A stretch of DNA of 64,000 nt from Malacoraja senta (GCA_038087875.1 CM075996.1:6574001-6638000), one strand, 5' to 3'; positions 1 through 13,671 are shown, counted from the first letter of the stretch. Notes: generated by a model from the letters alone, not told the origin. Program-made: numbers and translations.

Positions 1-988
1 AGCCCAACTTGCCCACACCGGCCAACACGTCCCAGCGACAGTAGTCCCATCTGCCCGCGTTTGGTCCATATCCCTCCAAACCTGTCCTATCCATGTACCT
101 GTCTAACTGTTTCTTAAATGTTGAGATAGTCAACTTGCTTGAATCTGGAAGAAAATAAAAGCAAACTGCTGGAGGAACTCATCGGGTTATGCAGCGTCTG
201 TGGAGGGAAATGGACACTTAATATTTCAGGTCAATACTTCCAGTCCAGAGGCGGACTTTTATTCGTATGGCTGTATGGCAACTCAAATGTCACTGTACCA
301 ATTCGTGCATGTGACAATAAATGTAAACTTAAGGGTCTTAACCCAAAATGTCAACTNNNNNNNNNNNNNNNNNNNNNNNNNNNNNNNNNNNNNNNNNNNN
401 NNNNNNNNNNNNNNNNNNNNNNNNNNNNNNNNNNNNNNNNNNNNNNNNNNNNNNNNNNNNNNNNNNNNNNNNNNNNNNNNNNNNNNNNNNNNNNNNNNNN
501 NNNNNNNNNNNNNNNNNNNNNNNNNNNNNNNNNNNNNNNNNNNNNNNNNNNNNNNNAGTTACTCCAGCACTTTGTGTCTATCTTTGGTATAAACCAGCAT
601 CTGCAGTTCTTTGTTTCTACATTTCCATGAATTTTGGGTTTTGGAAGTCAAAAGCCCATGCTACATGTTTTGTACCTCATATTCCTGTACATACTGAGGG
701 TGAAATATTAGGTTCAGGTATATTATTGTCACGTGTACCGAGGTAAGGTGAAAACCTTTGTGAAGTGGCTGATCTAATGAGTAGCCCTGTGTAGTTTTGG
801 GTCAAGACCCTTCTTCACACTGAGAGGGTTCTGAAGAAGGGGGCTACTCTCAGTCTGATGAAAGGGTCTCGAATCAAATTCCTTTTCTCCAGAGACGCTG
901 AGTTACTCCAGCATTTTGGTGTAAGCCAGCATCTGCAGTTCCTTCTGTGTAGTGTTTGCATTTGCTCTGTGCTTCTATCAAACGTCAC

Positions 989-1135
989 CTGGGGGAGAGG
1001 TTGGAGCCCAGGGGTCTCGGTCAGAGGCTGGTGCAACTGAGCCCCAGGGATCTGTGCTTCTCGTCTGCTGGTCTCCTGAAGGGGGGTGACTGGAGGCTCC
1101 CCACGGATCGGTGGTAGTGACACCCAGTCTGGAAC
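989..1135 (-). CDS. EPN2-like: Epsin coding exon (GSRLGVTTTDPWGASSHPPSGDQQTRSTDPWGSVAPASDRDPWAPTSP; three DPW motifs)
   Basis: Read manually; this frame is not in the ORF track. cagcAG (NAGNAG) acceptor, GTGACG donor, 147 nt, phase 1-1. The NPF-containing exons must lie in the gap or beyond the left edge. Confidence 0.88.
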
Positions 1136-1164
1136 CTGCTGTGAGAGATGGATTGAGACTTTAA

Positions 1165-1630
1165 GTTCATAGGTTATAGGAACAAAATTAGGCCATCGGC
1201 CTATGAATACTCCCCCTTTCAATCGTGGCTGATCTATCTTTCCCTCTCAACCCCATTCTCCTGCCTTCTCCCCATAACTCCCGATACCCGTACTGATCAT
1301 GAATCTATCAATCTCCGTCTTAAAAATATCCATTGACGGACTCCACAGCCGCCCGTGGCAATGAATTCCACAGGTTCACCACCCTCTGACCAAAGAAATT
1401 CCTCCTCATCTCCTTTCAAAAGGTACATCCTTTTATTCCGAGGCTGTGGCCTCTGGTCCTAGACTCTCCCACTAGTGGAAACATCCTCACCACATCCACT
1501 CTTTCCAGGCCTTTCACTATTCGCTAAGTTTCAATGAGATCCCCCCTCATCCTTCTAAACTCCAGCGAGTACAGGCCCAGTGCCGTCAAACGCTCACATG
1601 TGTTGACTCAATCATTCCTGGGATAATTCG
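1165..1630 (-). mobile_element. CR1 LINE 3' fragment (similar pieces at about 8880-9235, 22180-22950, 36185-36517, 45560-46560 and 56760-57155)
   Basis: Same 3' ORF and tail sequence as the other CR1 copies in the window. Confidence 0.8.
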
Positions 1631-2384
1631 CGTAAAGTTCTCGTAAGTTTAACTGGCTTCCCAAAAAGAACGGATTTCTGCTCCTCTAAAGCGACAAGCG
1701 CTAAGGGTCATTCCTGATTACACCAAAACGTTCCGTAATTCCTTTTCAATCAGTAGATGCCATTCCCAGAAAGCACTCCATTTCTGCAAATCAACCTGTT
1801 GGAAGTGACAAACCCTGTGTGAAATAGTCCCTCTGGGGACTATTTCACAAGCACTGTGGGTTTAATGGATCACCTTGCTATTCATATACAGAGATATGCA
1901 ATGCTGAGACTACTGCACGGTGGAAAGTATTGAACACAATTATGAACAAAGAACATGAAAACGGAGAACCAGACAATCTCTTCAATCAGAGGAAGTCTCG
2001 ACCATTAAAACCACCGTCTGACTTCCACCCACCTCCACCTGCAGAATAGGCATCTCGAAGGATATGAGACACCACTTCATGTAATATGGTCACCAGAGCA
2101 GGTGATCTAGGAAGACAGACACAAAAAGCTGGAGTAACTCAGCGGGACAGGCAGCATCTCTGGAGGAACGTTCACTACTGTACCAAAGGAAGCTTACCGT
2201 GGTGGATGACACATTAAACAGAGCCACAGCAGCCTACAATGGAGCTTCAAGTCCTTCTTAACGACTCTCAGCCGTTTGTGGAGAATTTTACCAAATTATG
2301 GATTCTGAGTAGGTGCCAGCTTAATGATCAGACAAATACAACACATACAAGATTGCACACTGACCACAACATCTCAGGACACAG

Positions 2385-2386
<2 letters not shown>

Positions 2387-2420
<34 letters not shown>
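2387..2420. repeat. (GA)n microsatellite
   Basis: Direct inspection. Confidence 0.95.
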
Positions 2421-2421
<1 letters not shown>

Positions 2422-2532
2422 CCAAGGAGCAACACCAAAGGCATCATACATTGACTGTGCAGCTGAAAATCTTGAGTACTCACGCAAAAGGCCATTTGAA
2501 CCTCCATCAAGCACATCTCCAGTAAATCTTAC

Positions 2533-2686
2533 CCATTTGCTTCCAGGGATCGGCCGACACTGGTCGAGACACAGCAGCCCACGGGTTAGGTTTGGCAGTG
2601 GATGCTGACGGGAATGGAGTTCCCCAGGGATCGGGTTTCTGTGTCAGGGGAGAGGGAGTGGAGTCTGTCAGATCCAGCAAAGCTGT
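2533..2686 (-). CDS. EPN2-like: Epsin coding exon (TALLDLTD clathrin-box-like motif; DPW/NPW/DPW)
   Basis: LLDL motif and DPW motifs. ttcttgcAG acceptor, GTAAGA donor, 154 nt, phase 0-1. Confidence 0.92.
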
Positions 2687-2892
2687 CTGCAAGAATAATT
2701 ATGTGAAAGAAAATGAACATTTTGTGTTTCTGATGTTTTTAAGTTAGCTTTTCTCCTTGGCTTTCCTTGTCTGGATGGGAGGAGACAACTCATGTTCTAC
2801 CACCTAACAAAACACTGAACAATTGCACTCTGAACGTTTTAAATTGGAAATGTCTTATGAGAGGGACAGACACTGACACTTCTACTATCTAA

Positions 2893-3086
2893 AGGGCCTG
2901 TCCCACTTGGCCGTCATTTGCGCGTCACGCAGATGGCGCGTGAAGATTTTGTACATCACAAAATCCTGCAACGCTGCTCGCGGCCGCTGCCTATGACATC
3001 ACGCACCACGTGCGTGTCACGACGCGTGCATAGTGCATCGTGACGCGTAAATTACGTGCAAATGACGGCCATGTGGGACAGGCCCT
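2893..3086. mobile_element. PIF/Harbinger-type MITE
   Basis: TIRs AGGGCCTGTCCCAC...GTGGGACAGGCCCT, TAA on both sides. Confidence 0.8.
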
Positions 3087-3319
3087 TAAATCACTGGTAA
3101 CCCTCAAGGTAACCTTGCACTAAACATTATTCCCATATCATGTATCTATACACTGCAAATAGCTTGATTGTAAACATGTATTGTCTTTCCGCTGACTGGA
3201 TAGCACGCAACAAAAGCTTTTCACTGTGACAATAAACTAAACTGTAAACTGCTGTGGAAATGCAGGGTTGAGGGTCAGGGTTGAGGGTGGTCAGGGTTGA
3301 GGGTGGTCAGAGGGCACAC

Positions 3320-3421
3320 CTCGATTTTGTGCGGGCCCCCGCCAGGCATCTGCAGCTTCTGCCGGCTCTCTTCCAACGCCAGCTGTAGACGGAGGTCACC
3401 TCCACGACGGCGGCGCTCCTC
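3320..3421 (-). CDS. EPN2-like: Epsin coding exon (EERRRRGGDLRLQLALEESRQKLQMPGGGPHKIE; second UIM)
   Basis: UIM motif. gcacAG acceptor, GTGTGC donor, 102 nt, phase 0-0. Confidence 0.9.
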
Positions 3422-5724
3422 CTGTGCAACACAGCCACAAAGTGGGAATGGAGTTAATCAATCGGAACTACCAACTCACAGCCAGCAATGAAGCCAGGTC
3501 ACTCCTTCGCTGCGCGACAGACTCGGTCTCACTCAGGGCAGCCCCGGAGTGCAGAATGATCCACAAAACAACCAGGGTAACGTTAGCTAACGTGAGCAAT
3601 GACAAGGGACAGTCAGGACGTGTTGTGATGCCTGACCGTGACCGACTAGCTGTGAACTTGAAGCAAGGCCAAACTGCCATGGCCCACAGTGAGGTCTGCC
3701 CAGAATGTCACTCAGTTTGCTGACACAATGAACGTTAAAAAGAGAACACTTCCAGAGATGTACAAGATCGAGTTTGAAAAATACAGTGCAGTCTGTGTGC
3801 ACACAACTCATCAGTCAAATATAACTGAAGTTACAAGGAACTGCAGATGCTGGTTTTCATAGAAAAACGGAGCCCAAGTTCTTGGGTATTTTTAAAGCAG
3901 AGATTGACAGATTGATTGGTAAGGGTGTCAAAGGTTCTGGGGAGAAGGCAGGAGAATAGAATTGAGAGGGAAAGATAGATCAGCCATGATTGAATGACGG
4001 AGTAGACTCGATGGGCCGAATAGCTCAATTCTGTTCATATGACTTATGATAAAAGACAAAGTGCTGGAGTAACTCAGCAGGTCAGGCCGCATCCCTGGAG
4101 AACATGGATAGGTGACGTTTCAGGTTGGGACCCTTCTTCAGACTATAACTGAAGTGATAGTTCTACGATCGTATGAAAGGAAATGATCTCATAATAAAGA
4201 GATAAATAATATCATTGGGAAGGCAATGAATGTCAGCATAGTGTTTCAGGAACGTTATAGAGTGGGACCAAGAGAACATTCAGCTTGATGAATTCCATCC
4301 TAAAACCAGCTTTGTAGATGTCAAACATGCTTGTAGAGATTATTATTTTTTCCACAATGCGAAACGCCACCCATTATTTTTCTCCAGAGATGCTGCCTGA
4401 CCTGCTGAGTAACTCCAGCATTTTATGTCTATCTTTTGTTGATGTCAAGCACAGCCTCCTGGGCAACTGGAGTATCAAGTTTGCTGGAGGGTCACAACTG
4501 GCTTACAAAAAAGTGAAGCGCCGTATATTCAAGACAAGGGGTCATATCAAGGCAAACACATATTCAGTCATGTTACAGACACATCCCATGCCATGTTTCA
4601 CCGTTTGAGATGCTAACTGTGGGTCTGCTTTGGTCCAAATTTAAAACACAATCCAATCTCCGACCCAACCACGATTAATCCAAACACAACTCCAACACAA
4701 ATAAACTTTCAATGTTTTCCACACCCACCCAGTTGCAAAAAGCAGGGAAAAAAATGGCCTCCATTGCTTCCATGTTCTTTGACAATATAAATGAGAGAAA
4801 ACATATACAGTGAACAATTTGGGCAGCACAATGGCGCAGCTGGTAGAGCTGCTGCCTCGTAGTGCCAGTGACCCAGGTTCGATTCTGATCATTGGTGCTG
4901 TCTCAGTGGAGTTTCTTTGCACATTCTCGCCGTGACCGTGTGGGTTTCCACCAGTTGCTGGAAAATCGAAGGTAGACAAAAGTGCTGGAGAAACTCTGCG
5001 GGTGCAGCAGCATTTATGGAGCAAAGGGAGTAGGCAACGTTTCGGGCCGAATCCCTTCTTCAGACTGATGGAGGGTGGGGTGGGGGTTTGTAGGTTAATT
5101 GTTCCTCTGTAAATTGTCCCTCGTGTGTAGGGAGTAGATAAGAAAGTGGGATAATATGGGACGAGTGTGAACGGGTAATCAGTGGTTGGCGTGGACTCGG
5201 TGGGCAGATGGACATGTTTCCATGCCGTAACTCAAAACTGATACTAAGCAGATCACCCGACATGAAATACTGACCCAGGCTGTGTTGCGTTGTGGCTGTC
5301 CAAATAACTGAAGCCTTACACCATGATAAAGGTCCAAAGACTTTATTAATGACATAGCAATAGGTTCCTTCATGCTAGCACGTTTTTCTAATAATGCGGG
5401 AACCAGGCAGGGAGGGTTACTGTAAAGCTAGTGGGCATAACTACAAAAGCATGACTCATAACAGGAGTGACACTGATCTACAGGCTGGTATTGCATGGCA
5501 AGACCCAATAAACCTGGACATTCTGTACACCTTAACCAACCCACTTAGTCGTGACTAAGACTTCTTGCTTATTAATGGTGTCAAAGGTTATGGAAAGAAG
5601 GTAGGGGAATAGGATTGAGAGGGCACGATAGGTCAGCCGTGATTGAATGGCGGAGGAGACTTGATGGGCATGAACATATGACCATTGAACTCAGGTTGGG
5701 TGACGCCTAACAGTGGAACAGTTG

Positions 5725-6205
5725 CATCTCCTCCAACCTCATCTATTGCATCCGCTGCTCTAGATGTCAGCTGATCTACATCGGTGAGACCAAGCGTAGG
5801 CCGAACACCTCCGCTCGGTCCGCATTAACCAACCTGATCTCCCGGTGGCTCAGCACTTCAACTCCCCCTCCCATTCCAAATCCGACCTCTCTGTCCTGGG
5901 CCTCCTCCATGGCCAGTGAGCACCACCAGAAATTGGAGGAGCAGCACCTCATATTCCGCTTGGGCAGTCTGCACCCTAGCGGCATAAACATTGAATTCTC
6001 CAATTTCCGGTAGCCCTTGCTGTCTCCTCCCCTTCTCTGCTCTCCCTCAGCCCTCGGGCTCCTCCTCTTCCTTTTTCCTTTCTTCTCCCCGCCCCCCCCC
6101 CCCCCACATCAGTCTGAAGAAGGGTTTTGGCCCGAAACGTTGCCTATTTCCTTCGCTCCATAGATGCTGCTGCACCTGCTGAGTTTCTCCAGCATTTTTG
6201 TCTAC
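5725..6205 (+). mobile_element. Penelope-like element 3' fragment (GIY-YIG endonuclease plus pLTR)
   Basis: Translates as NLIYCIRCSRCQLIYIGETKRR...VAQHFNS...LEEQHLIFRLGSLHPSG. Related pieces at 42670-43035, 45060-45530 and 50825-51905. Confidence 0.85.
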
Positions 6206-6904
6206 CTAACAGTGGAGACATTACTGCAGTGATAAAATGGTTAAATTTCAGAAGAAATAACAAGTTGTATGTGCTAAACTTGTCTGAAGAAGGGTTTCGG
6301 CCCAAAACATTGCCTATTTCCTTCGCTCCATAGATGCTGCCGCACCCGCTGAGTTTCTCCAGCACTTTTGTCTACCTTCGATTTTCCAGCACCTGCAGTT
6401 CCTTCTTGAACGTATGTGCTAAACCCACTGATCACACATTTAAAAATACATTTCGCTGGCAAAGCACACCAAATTAGTTAGTGGGGGGAGGGGTGGTGAG
6501 GAAGGAGGGTGGAGACGAAAAAAATTACTTCATTTTGCAACCATTTCATTTGATCAAGTACATTCAATCAGCATGTGATCAGCATAGACTGAAATGTAAT
6601 TTTCCTCCCTGGTTGCTGACCTTGCAAACAAGCTGCACGATAGAACTCAAAAAGGGTACCAGATTCTAGTTTGGTTCTACTGATTGTGTAAAATCGCAGT
6701 ACTAAAAATACATGTCAATCCACCGCAAATTGTCAGTGAGTAACTGAGACTGCCACAGCTAACCGCTGTAGAAACAAATAACTGAATTGAATTAAATACT
6801 TTATTGTCACATGTGACAAGTCACAGTGAAATTCTTTGCTTGCACACCCAAGGTATGCAAATAGCCGCCACATAAAGGACGCTGACAAAGGTACAAAGTA
6901 CCCT

Positions 6905-7310
6905 GCGCCAGGTCCACCCTTGTTCTCCCCCACCCCTTCCCTCCCTTCACGGCATTCCCCCCAACGCCGGTTCCTCCATCGGTCTCCCCCACCCCCTTTG
7001 CCCCCGCCCTCATGGCATTCCCAATGCCGGCTCCTCCATCGTTCTGCCCCACCCTTCGCGGCATTCCCCCTACGCCGGGTCCTCCTTTGTTCTCCCCCTC
7101 CCTCCATTCACGGCGGTCCCCACACGCCGGATCCTCCTTTGTTCTCCCCCTCTCCCCTCATGGCGGTCCCCACACACCGGATCCTCCTTTGTTCTCCCCC
7201 TCTCCCCTCACGGCGGTCCCCACACGCCGGATCCTCCTTTGTTCTCCCCCTCTCCCCTCAGGGCGGTCCCCCCACGCCGGCTCCTCCATTGTTCCGGTCG
7301 GCGCTTCCTC
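6905..7310. repeat. GC-rich minisatellite, period about 50 bp
   Basis: gttctccccctctcccctcacggcggtccccacacgccggatcctccttt repeated (for example at 7141, 7191, 7241), next to a Rex1-type 3' end. Confidence 0.9.
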
Positions 7311-8221
7311 CGACTCCAACTGACCCGTCTTCGACCTCGACTGCAGATGCTGGTTTATACCAAAGATAGTCACAAAGTGCTGGTAACTCAGCGGGTCAGG
7401 CAGCATCTCTGGAGACTATGGATAGGTGATGTTTCAGGTCGGGACCCTTCTTCAGACTCCCCACTTTCAGTGTGAAGAAGGGTCCTGACCCGGAACGTCA
7501 CTGATCAATGACAGACTTTATTCTCTGAAGGCCCGGAGAGTGAACCAGATGGGCTTTAATGCCAATCCAGTAACTTATTTGCTCCCCATTATTCACATTA
7601 CCCTTTTCATTTAGTTGTTAGTTTAGAATTTAAATTCTTCAGCTGTGGGGTGGAATACAAATTAACGTGGATACAGATTAGTAGTTAAGGTTGATTACTG
7701 GTTCACTGTGCCACCATACCCCACAATGTTTAGTTTTGTAGAGTTCCTGCAAACAGAATGCAAGAAATAGAAACAGGAGTGGGTCATATGTCTTGTGAGA
7801 CTGCATCGCCATCAATCAACACCATTTTACTCTGCTACTCCCAATATCCATTGATTCATTTAATATTCAGAAACCTATCAAACTGGATTAGTAAGGGTGT
7901 CAGAGGTTATGGGGAGAAGGCAGGAGAATGGGATTGAGAGGGAAATATAGATCAGCCATAATTGAATGGTGGAGTAAACTTGATGACTAGCCTAATTCAG
8001 CTCCTATAACTTATGAACTTTGTTTTAACCACTGTAGAAACAAAGAACTGCAGATAGACACTAGATGCTGGAGTACCTCAGCAGGTCAGGCAGCATCTCT
8101 GGACAAGGGTTTTGACCCGAAATGTAACCTGTCCTTTTTCTCCAGAGACACTGCCTGACCCGCTGAGTTACTCCAACACTTTGTGTCTATCCCAATGACA
8201 TGTAGTCTTGAACTACAATCT

Positions 8222-8354
8222 GGGGTGGAAGATTGCAACCTTCTCGTGGTCCGCCCTGTTTCGACTAATGCAATCAACTCGACATGCATAAACGGAAGAT
8301 CAAATAGAACAAGTTGTCCAACAACTTTAGGCTGTGCACGCCACAAAAAAAGAA
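8222..8354 (+). mobile_element. Unclassified 133-bp retro-insertion
   Basis: Exact 12-bp TSD gaactacaatct (8210-8221 and 8355-8366) and an A-rich tail. Confidence 0.7.
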
Positions 8355-10007
8355 GAACTACAATCTTATTAAACCGTTTAGCAATGGTGCACTTTTCAAT
8401 TAGATTATTTTTCAGTTCAGTTTTGACTAAATTCTAAAGAAGACCAGACTACATATACAGAAGAAGTTCTTAAGTATGGTGATACTTGTACTGAACTGTA
8501 TACAAAAAATTCACTGTACCTTGGTACATGTGTACCATTAAAATACTCATATGACAGATCACCATCCAGTAACCTGCCCAGTAAATCTTTGCAGCACTCA
8601 CTCTATAATGACTGCGGACGGTTCCCAACTGATGTTGGGTTACGTCCTACGGACCCTGACACAAGTCAGGAACAGAAGCCCCACTTCGCATGTGTAAATT
8701 TACTATTCGTATTGTGTAGTACCAGTGGGAGACCACGTGGTAGCTCCAAGGCAGAGATGAACAAGTAACCAATGCACAACGCACGAGCAGACCACATGCT
8801 TTTCAGAGTAAAACCTCACCAAACTAATGACAAGAAGGAGCCGACACTGTCCACCTTTGCTAATTTCCGAAACTTATGGAATAGTGAAAGACCTGGATAG
8901 AGTGGATGGGGAGAGGATGTTTCCACTAGTGAGAGAGTCTAGGACGAGAGATCGTCGCCTTAGAATTCAAGGGCATTCCTTTAGGAGGAGATAAGGAGGA
9001 ATTTCTTTAGTCAGTGGGTGGTAAATCTGTGGAATTCATTGCCACGGAAGGTTATGAAGGCTGTCAATGGGTATTGTAAAGGCAGAGATCGATAGATTCT
9101 AGATTAGTACGGATATCAAGGGTTATTGGTAGAAGGCAGGAGAATGGGGTTAGCTTGGAAAGAGATCAGCCATGATTGAATGGCAGAGTAGACTTGATGG
9201 GCCGAATGGCCTAATTCTGCTCCTATCACTTATGAGCTAATGATGCAGTTTTATATCAAAATTTTATTATTCTGTCCCGATGGTGCATTATATTTAAGTT
9301 CACCCTTAATAAATGAGCACAGTTAAATTCAAGTGGACGCAGGGCTGTGGTGAATGGCCATTTGGGGCAGAAACTCTACTGATAAGAATATGCTGGTTGA
9401 TTTAAGATTGTATCAAAATGTGCCCAAGATTAACACGCACATACAAAACAGGTGCCGACCAGTGTTCACCCCGTACACTAACACTATCCTGCACACACCA
9501 GGGACAATGTACAATTTTAGCAAGCCAATCAGCCTACAAACCTATACGTCTTTGGAGTGTGGGAGGAAACCGGAGCTCCCAGAGAAAACCCAAGCAGGTC
9601 ATGGGGAGAACGTACAAACTCTGTTTGTCTGAGCACCCCTAGTCAGGATGGCCCTGGCACTGTAAGACAGCAATTCTACCGCTGCGCCGCCGTACCGCCC
9701 AATGATCCTAAATTATCCTACCTGTGCAGCCAAGGTCGTCACTGTGTTTCTTGATTGACTGCCAGTTGTTGTGGCACATTTGAAAATCTAGACGGGCAAG
9801 AAAGAAAATAGTTAGGAGCTCACTGAACATTATGTAGTGTGATACAACAGTGCGGGCTTCTTTGCTGTAACTTGAGCAATTGAGTAAATAGCTCAGTTTC
9901 TCGAGTGGGGTGTAGGCACTGACATTCTAATTGGCCTTACAGGTAACCTTACAGGTAAAGTTTGCCAAAAATCATCTCTTCCAAACAGAATTTTCATTAA
10001 TTCCTTA

Positions 10008-10337
10008 AAGCCCTGTCCCACGGTACGAGTTCATTCCAAGAGCTCTCCCGAGTTTGCCCTGATTCGAACTTGGAGATTTACGGTAATAGCCACTCGTCGG
10101 TATTTGGGGCTCTCGTGGACATTTTCCAACATGTTGAAAAATCTTTACGAGTCTTCCCGTGCTTACCTGCCGTTAGCGAGTCTTCCCGAGTGCCTGCCGT
10201 TAGCGTTACGAGCCGCTAAGAGACGTCCCCGAGCTCCGACTTACCCGCTACGTTCATTCTCCGTGCTTACCACGAGTTTGATTTTTTTTAAACTCGGGAG
10301 AGCTCTTGGTATGAACTCGTACCGTGGGACAGGGCTA
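10008..10337. mobile_element. PIF/Harbinger-type MITE, second family
   Basis: About 45-bp TIR (AGCCCTGTCCCACGGTACGAGTTCA...), TTA on both sides. Confidence 0.8.
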
Positions 10338-11321
10338 TTAAACTGTTTTGACCGCCTGAAAATATCCCAGCCCATGCATAACTACATTTATTGCACTATA
10401 ATAAATGACTTTACAATGAATAACTTCTTCATTTACCATGCTTTTCCAGCTTACACATGTGTCTGAATTAAGGAACATTTGGAAAGGAAATGAGTTACTT
10501 TTGATCTTTCAGATTCCATCTGATGGATAATGTATTTTTACTATTATTATTTTTGGCGGTGACGGCTCAATTGTCCCAACGTGAACAAAGAATATCAGGA
10601 ATACTTAACTGGGCTGACGCAGTTAGAAAGACACGTCATAGTCGTCTTTGAGGTAGGACCAGTGCCTGGATTTCTAAAGGGAACTTGAAGATACCTTGTA
10701 GAAACAAAGAACTGCAGATGCTGGTTTACACCAAAGAAAGACACAAAGTGCTGGAGTAACTCAGCGGGACAGGCAGCATCCCTGGAGAAAAAGGATGGGT
10801 GATGTCTTGGATCGGGACCCTTCTTCAGATGGGAACCTTTTTCTAAAACGTCACCCATCCTCTTTCTCCAGAGATGTTGCCTGACCCGCTGAGTTACTCC
10901 AGCACTTTGGGTCTATCTCTGAAAGAATCTTACATGGTTAGGTTCACTTCAGATTCCATATCAAAAAAAAAAAAAATGTCTTTGAGTTAAGATCGGATTG
11001 GCTGTATGCATAAATTCAGAAAGGTTCAGTACTATTGAGATTAATTGCGCTGACTGCTTGCAACTATCTGAAAAGATAGCAAAGGAAGCAGTGTTATTTC
11101 TCAATGTATAGCTTCATTACAGCCTACATACACGGGGCCTGATTATGTCAAGTTCAGGTCAAGTACCATAAAAACATTGCTAATCATCAGGTTTAGGCAG
11201 ACCTCCTGGAGAGCCTTGTCACTTTAGCTCACTTGCTGCCTCACCATAATATCAATGAATTTGGGTGGTGCAAGGAGCAAGCATGGATGCGGTCTGGCAA
11301 TAGCTCTGCCTGGGTACCTAC

Positions 11322-11431
11322 CTGCTCAGCTTCTTCCCGACTCATGGCTAACGCCAACTGTAGCTGCAGCTCCTCTTCACCGCTTGTCTGAGGCCGCGTC
11401 TGCTCCAGCTCAGAGATCTTCGGTGAAGTAG
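11322..11431 (-). CDS. EPN2-like: Epsin coding exon 3 (STSPKISELEQTRPQTSGEEELQLQLALAMSREEAEQ; UIM)
   Basis: Canonical epsin UIM. tccacAG acceptor, GTAGGT donor, 110 nt, phase 1-0. Confidence 0.95.
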
Positions 11432-12108
11432 CTGTGGACAGAGCAACAAGCTTCAGACGATGTGCATTATCGTGGGGCCAACCCAGTTTAAGCAATACCT
11501 TTACCATTTTAAACACTTGAATTAGATCACCACCTCACCTGGTCTCTACATAAGGGAATCCAAGCTGTGTTTATGCATCCTGTCCTCATCACTTAATTCT
11601 TTACATTCACCACCACCACAACCACCCAGATGTGGACAACCCGCTATGCCCTTCAACAGCTGCATTTCAATACTCATTTTGGACTGAATATAAATGTGAA
11701 TTTTAACCTGTGTTTCTTGGTAAAAATCAGTGAGATAAAAAGAAACGTTTCCAATTACTATGTGCTTTACTTCCTCGTTTACTGATTAGTGCTACATTTA
11801 AGTATTGATCTGTAGCGTGCAAGGTGCCTCTGGTTAATGCAGTGTCACCTTGACCACATTTAAGGCAGATGAGTAATTGCACTACAATATAGAACATAGA
11901 ACAGTGCAGCACACAACAGGACCCTACGGCCCACAATGTTTGCGCCAAACATGATGCTGAGCTAAACTGATCTCAAACTGCCTGCATGATCCATATCCCT
12001 CTATTACCTGCACTTCCATGCGCCTATCTAAAAGCTTCTTAAACACCACTATCGTATCTGCCTCCATCACAATCCTCCTGGCAATGCTCTCTAGGCACCC
12101 ACCACCCT

Positions 12109-13671
12109 GTTTTTTTTAAAATATTTTAATTTTATTAGAAGTACAGTAATGTGGCACCAAGGTGCCTAATATATATTGGCAGGTTACATTTTATGTACAG
12201 CTTCGTAATTTTAATTTATAATAAAAGAGAAAGAATAGGTAATAAAAAATAGAAAAACGTGTGATGTGTTGGTGCGTGAAAAGGAAAAGGGGGGAAAGAG
12301 GGGAAGTAAAAAAAAGGAGAGAGAAAGAGAAAGAGTAGAGAGTAGGAGATTATAGGAGATAGTTATTTATATTCTTGACCATCCTTCACCCAGTCCTGAA
12401 ACAGTTGGTTTCTACGATTTTGTTGCACCATATGCTTCCAAGAAGTCGATAAATGGAGACCAACTCGTTAAGAATTGGTCTGGTTTGTCTGTTAGGAGGA
12501 ATCGCATTTCTTCAAGTTTTTAAACATGTTGGACACCGCACATTTCTTCAAGATGTGCGGTGTCCAACATGTTTGAAATCCACATTTTAAGCGTTGGTAT
12601 GTGTGTATTTTTCCAAAATTTAAGGTTTTTTGCCGTTATTAACCCATAATTAAAAAATGAATTTTGAAATGTGTTCAATTTGTTCCCGTCTTCCGTTACT
12701 CCAAGTATAATCATTTCAGTGTTAGGCTCCATTTTTATCTTGAATAATTTTGTAAATATTTCAAAGATATCGCTCCAGAATTTATGAAGTTTTATGCAGG
12801 AAACAAAAGAGTGTGTTATAGTGGCATTTTGAGATAAACATTTATCACAAATGGGAGAAGTATTTGGATAGAATTTATTCAGTCTAGTTTTTGAATAATA
12901 TAATCTATGTAGAATTTTAAATTGAATTAAGTTATGTCTTACATTAATCGAACATTTGTGTATATATATCAAATGCTTTTCCCATGTTTCTTTCGTGATT
13001 TCTATCATTAATTCTCATTCCCAATCTTCTCTAAGTGCCTCTGTCGATGGTAGTTCTATGTTTAAAATACTATTATATAAATATGATATTAATTTCTGTG
13101 TCAGCCTTAATATTCATTGCTTCTTCCAGTGGATTTAAAGTTATAGTTTGATGTCTTTGTATGTATTTCTTCATGAAGTCGCAGATCTGAAGGTATTTAA
13201 AATATTGGTTATTTTTCAGCTTAAATTTTAATTGTAATTGTTGGAATGATAACAGATTTCCCATTTCATACATATCTCCGATCCTTTTAATTCCCATTCT
13301 TTCCCATTGGTTATATGTCTTATCGGTAAGAGATGGTTTAAATGAAGGATTATTCACTATTGGCGTTAACAATGATAGGTTTCTTAATTTTAAAGTTAAT
13401 TTTATTTGTTTCCAAATTCTTGGAATTTTTCTTATATATTGGATTATTCTTATATATTGTGTTGTTCTGTTTTATCGGGGAGAAGAGGATCGCTCCTATA
13501 TTACAAGGAGAACAATCCTCTTTCTCCATTCTTATCCATTCTGTCTGTTGGGTAGGACTGTCCAACCAATAAATTATATTCTTAATATGCACTGCCCAGT
13601 AATAATACAAAAAGTTCAGAAGTGAAAGTCCCCCAGCGTCTTTGGGTTTACACAGGTGTTTTCTTTGAATT
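12109..13671 (-). mobile_element. 5'-truncated L1-clade LINE (ORF2 C-terminus) inserted in a CR1 fragment
   Basis: GGLSLLNFLYYYWA, QFKILHRLY and C..C...H...C zinc-knuckle motifs; poly-A end. Approximate TSD cccaccaccct (12098-12108) / cccatcaccct (13672-13682). Confidence 0.85.

Noticed and set aside
139..746. ORFs spanning N runs (also 39218-39617 and 60591-61019)
   Set aside because: Artefacts of the scaffold gaps.
6733..7475. Overlapping Pro/Gly-rich ORFs
   Set aside because: Products of the 50-bp minisatellite.
10600..10680. Possible additional epsin exon
   Set aside because: An acceptor-like site is present, but there is an in-frame stop and no good donor.
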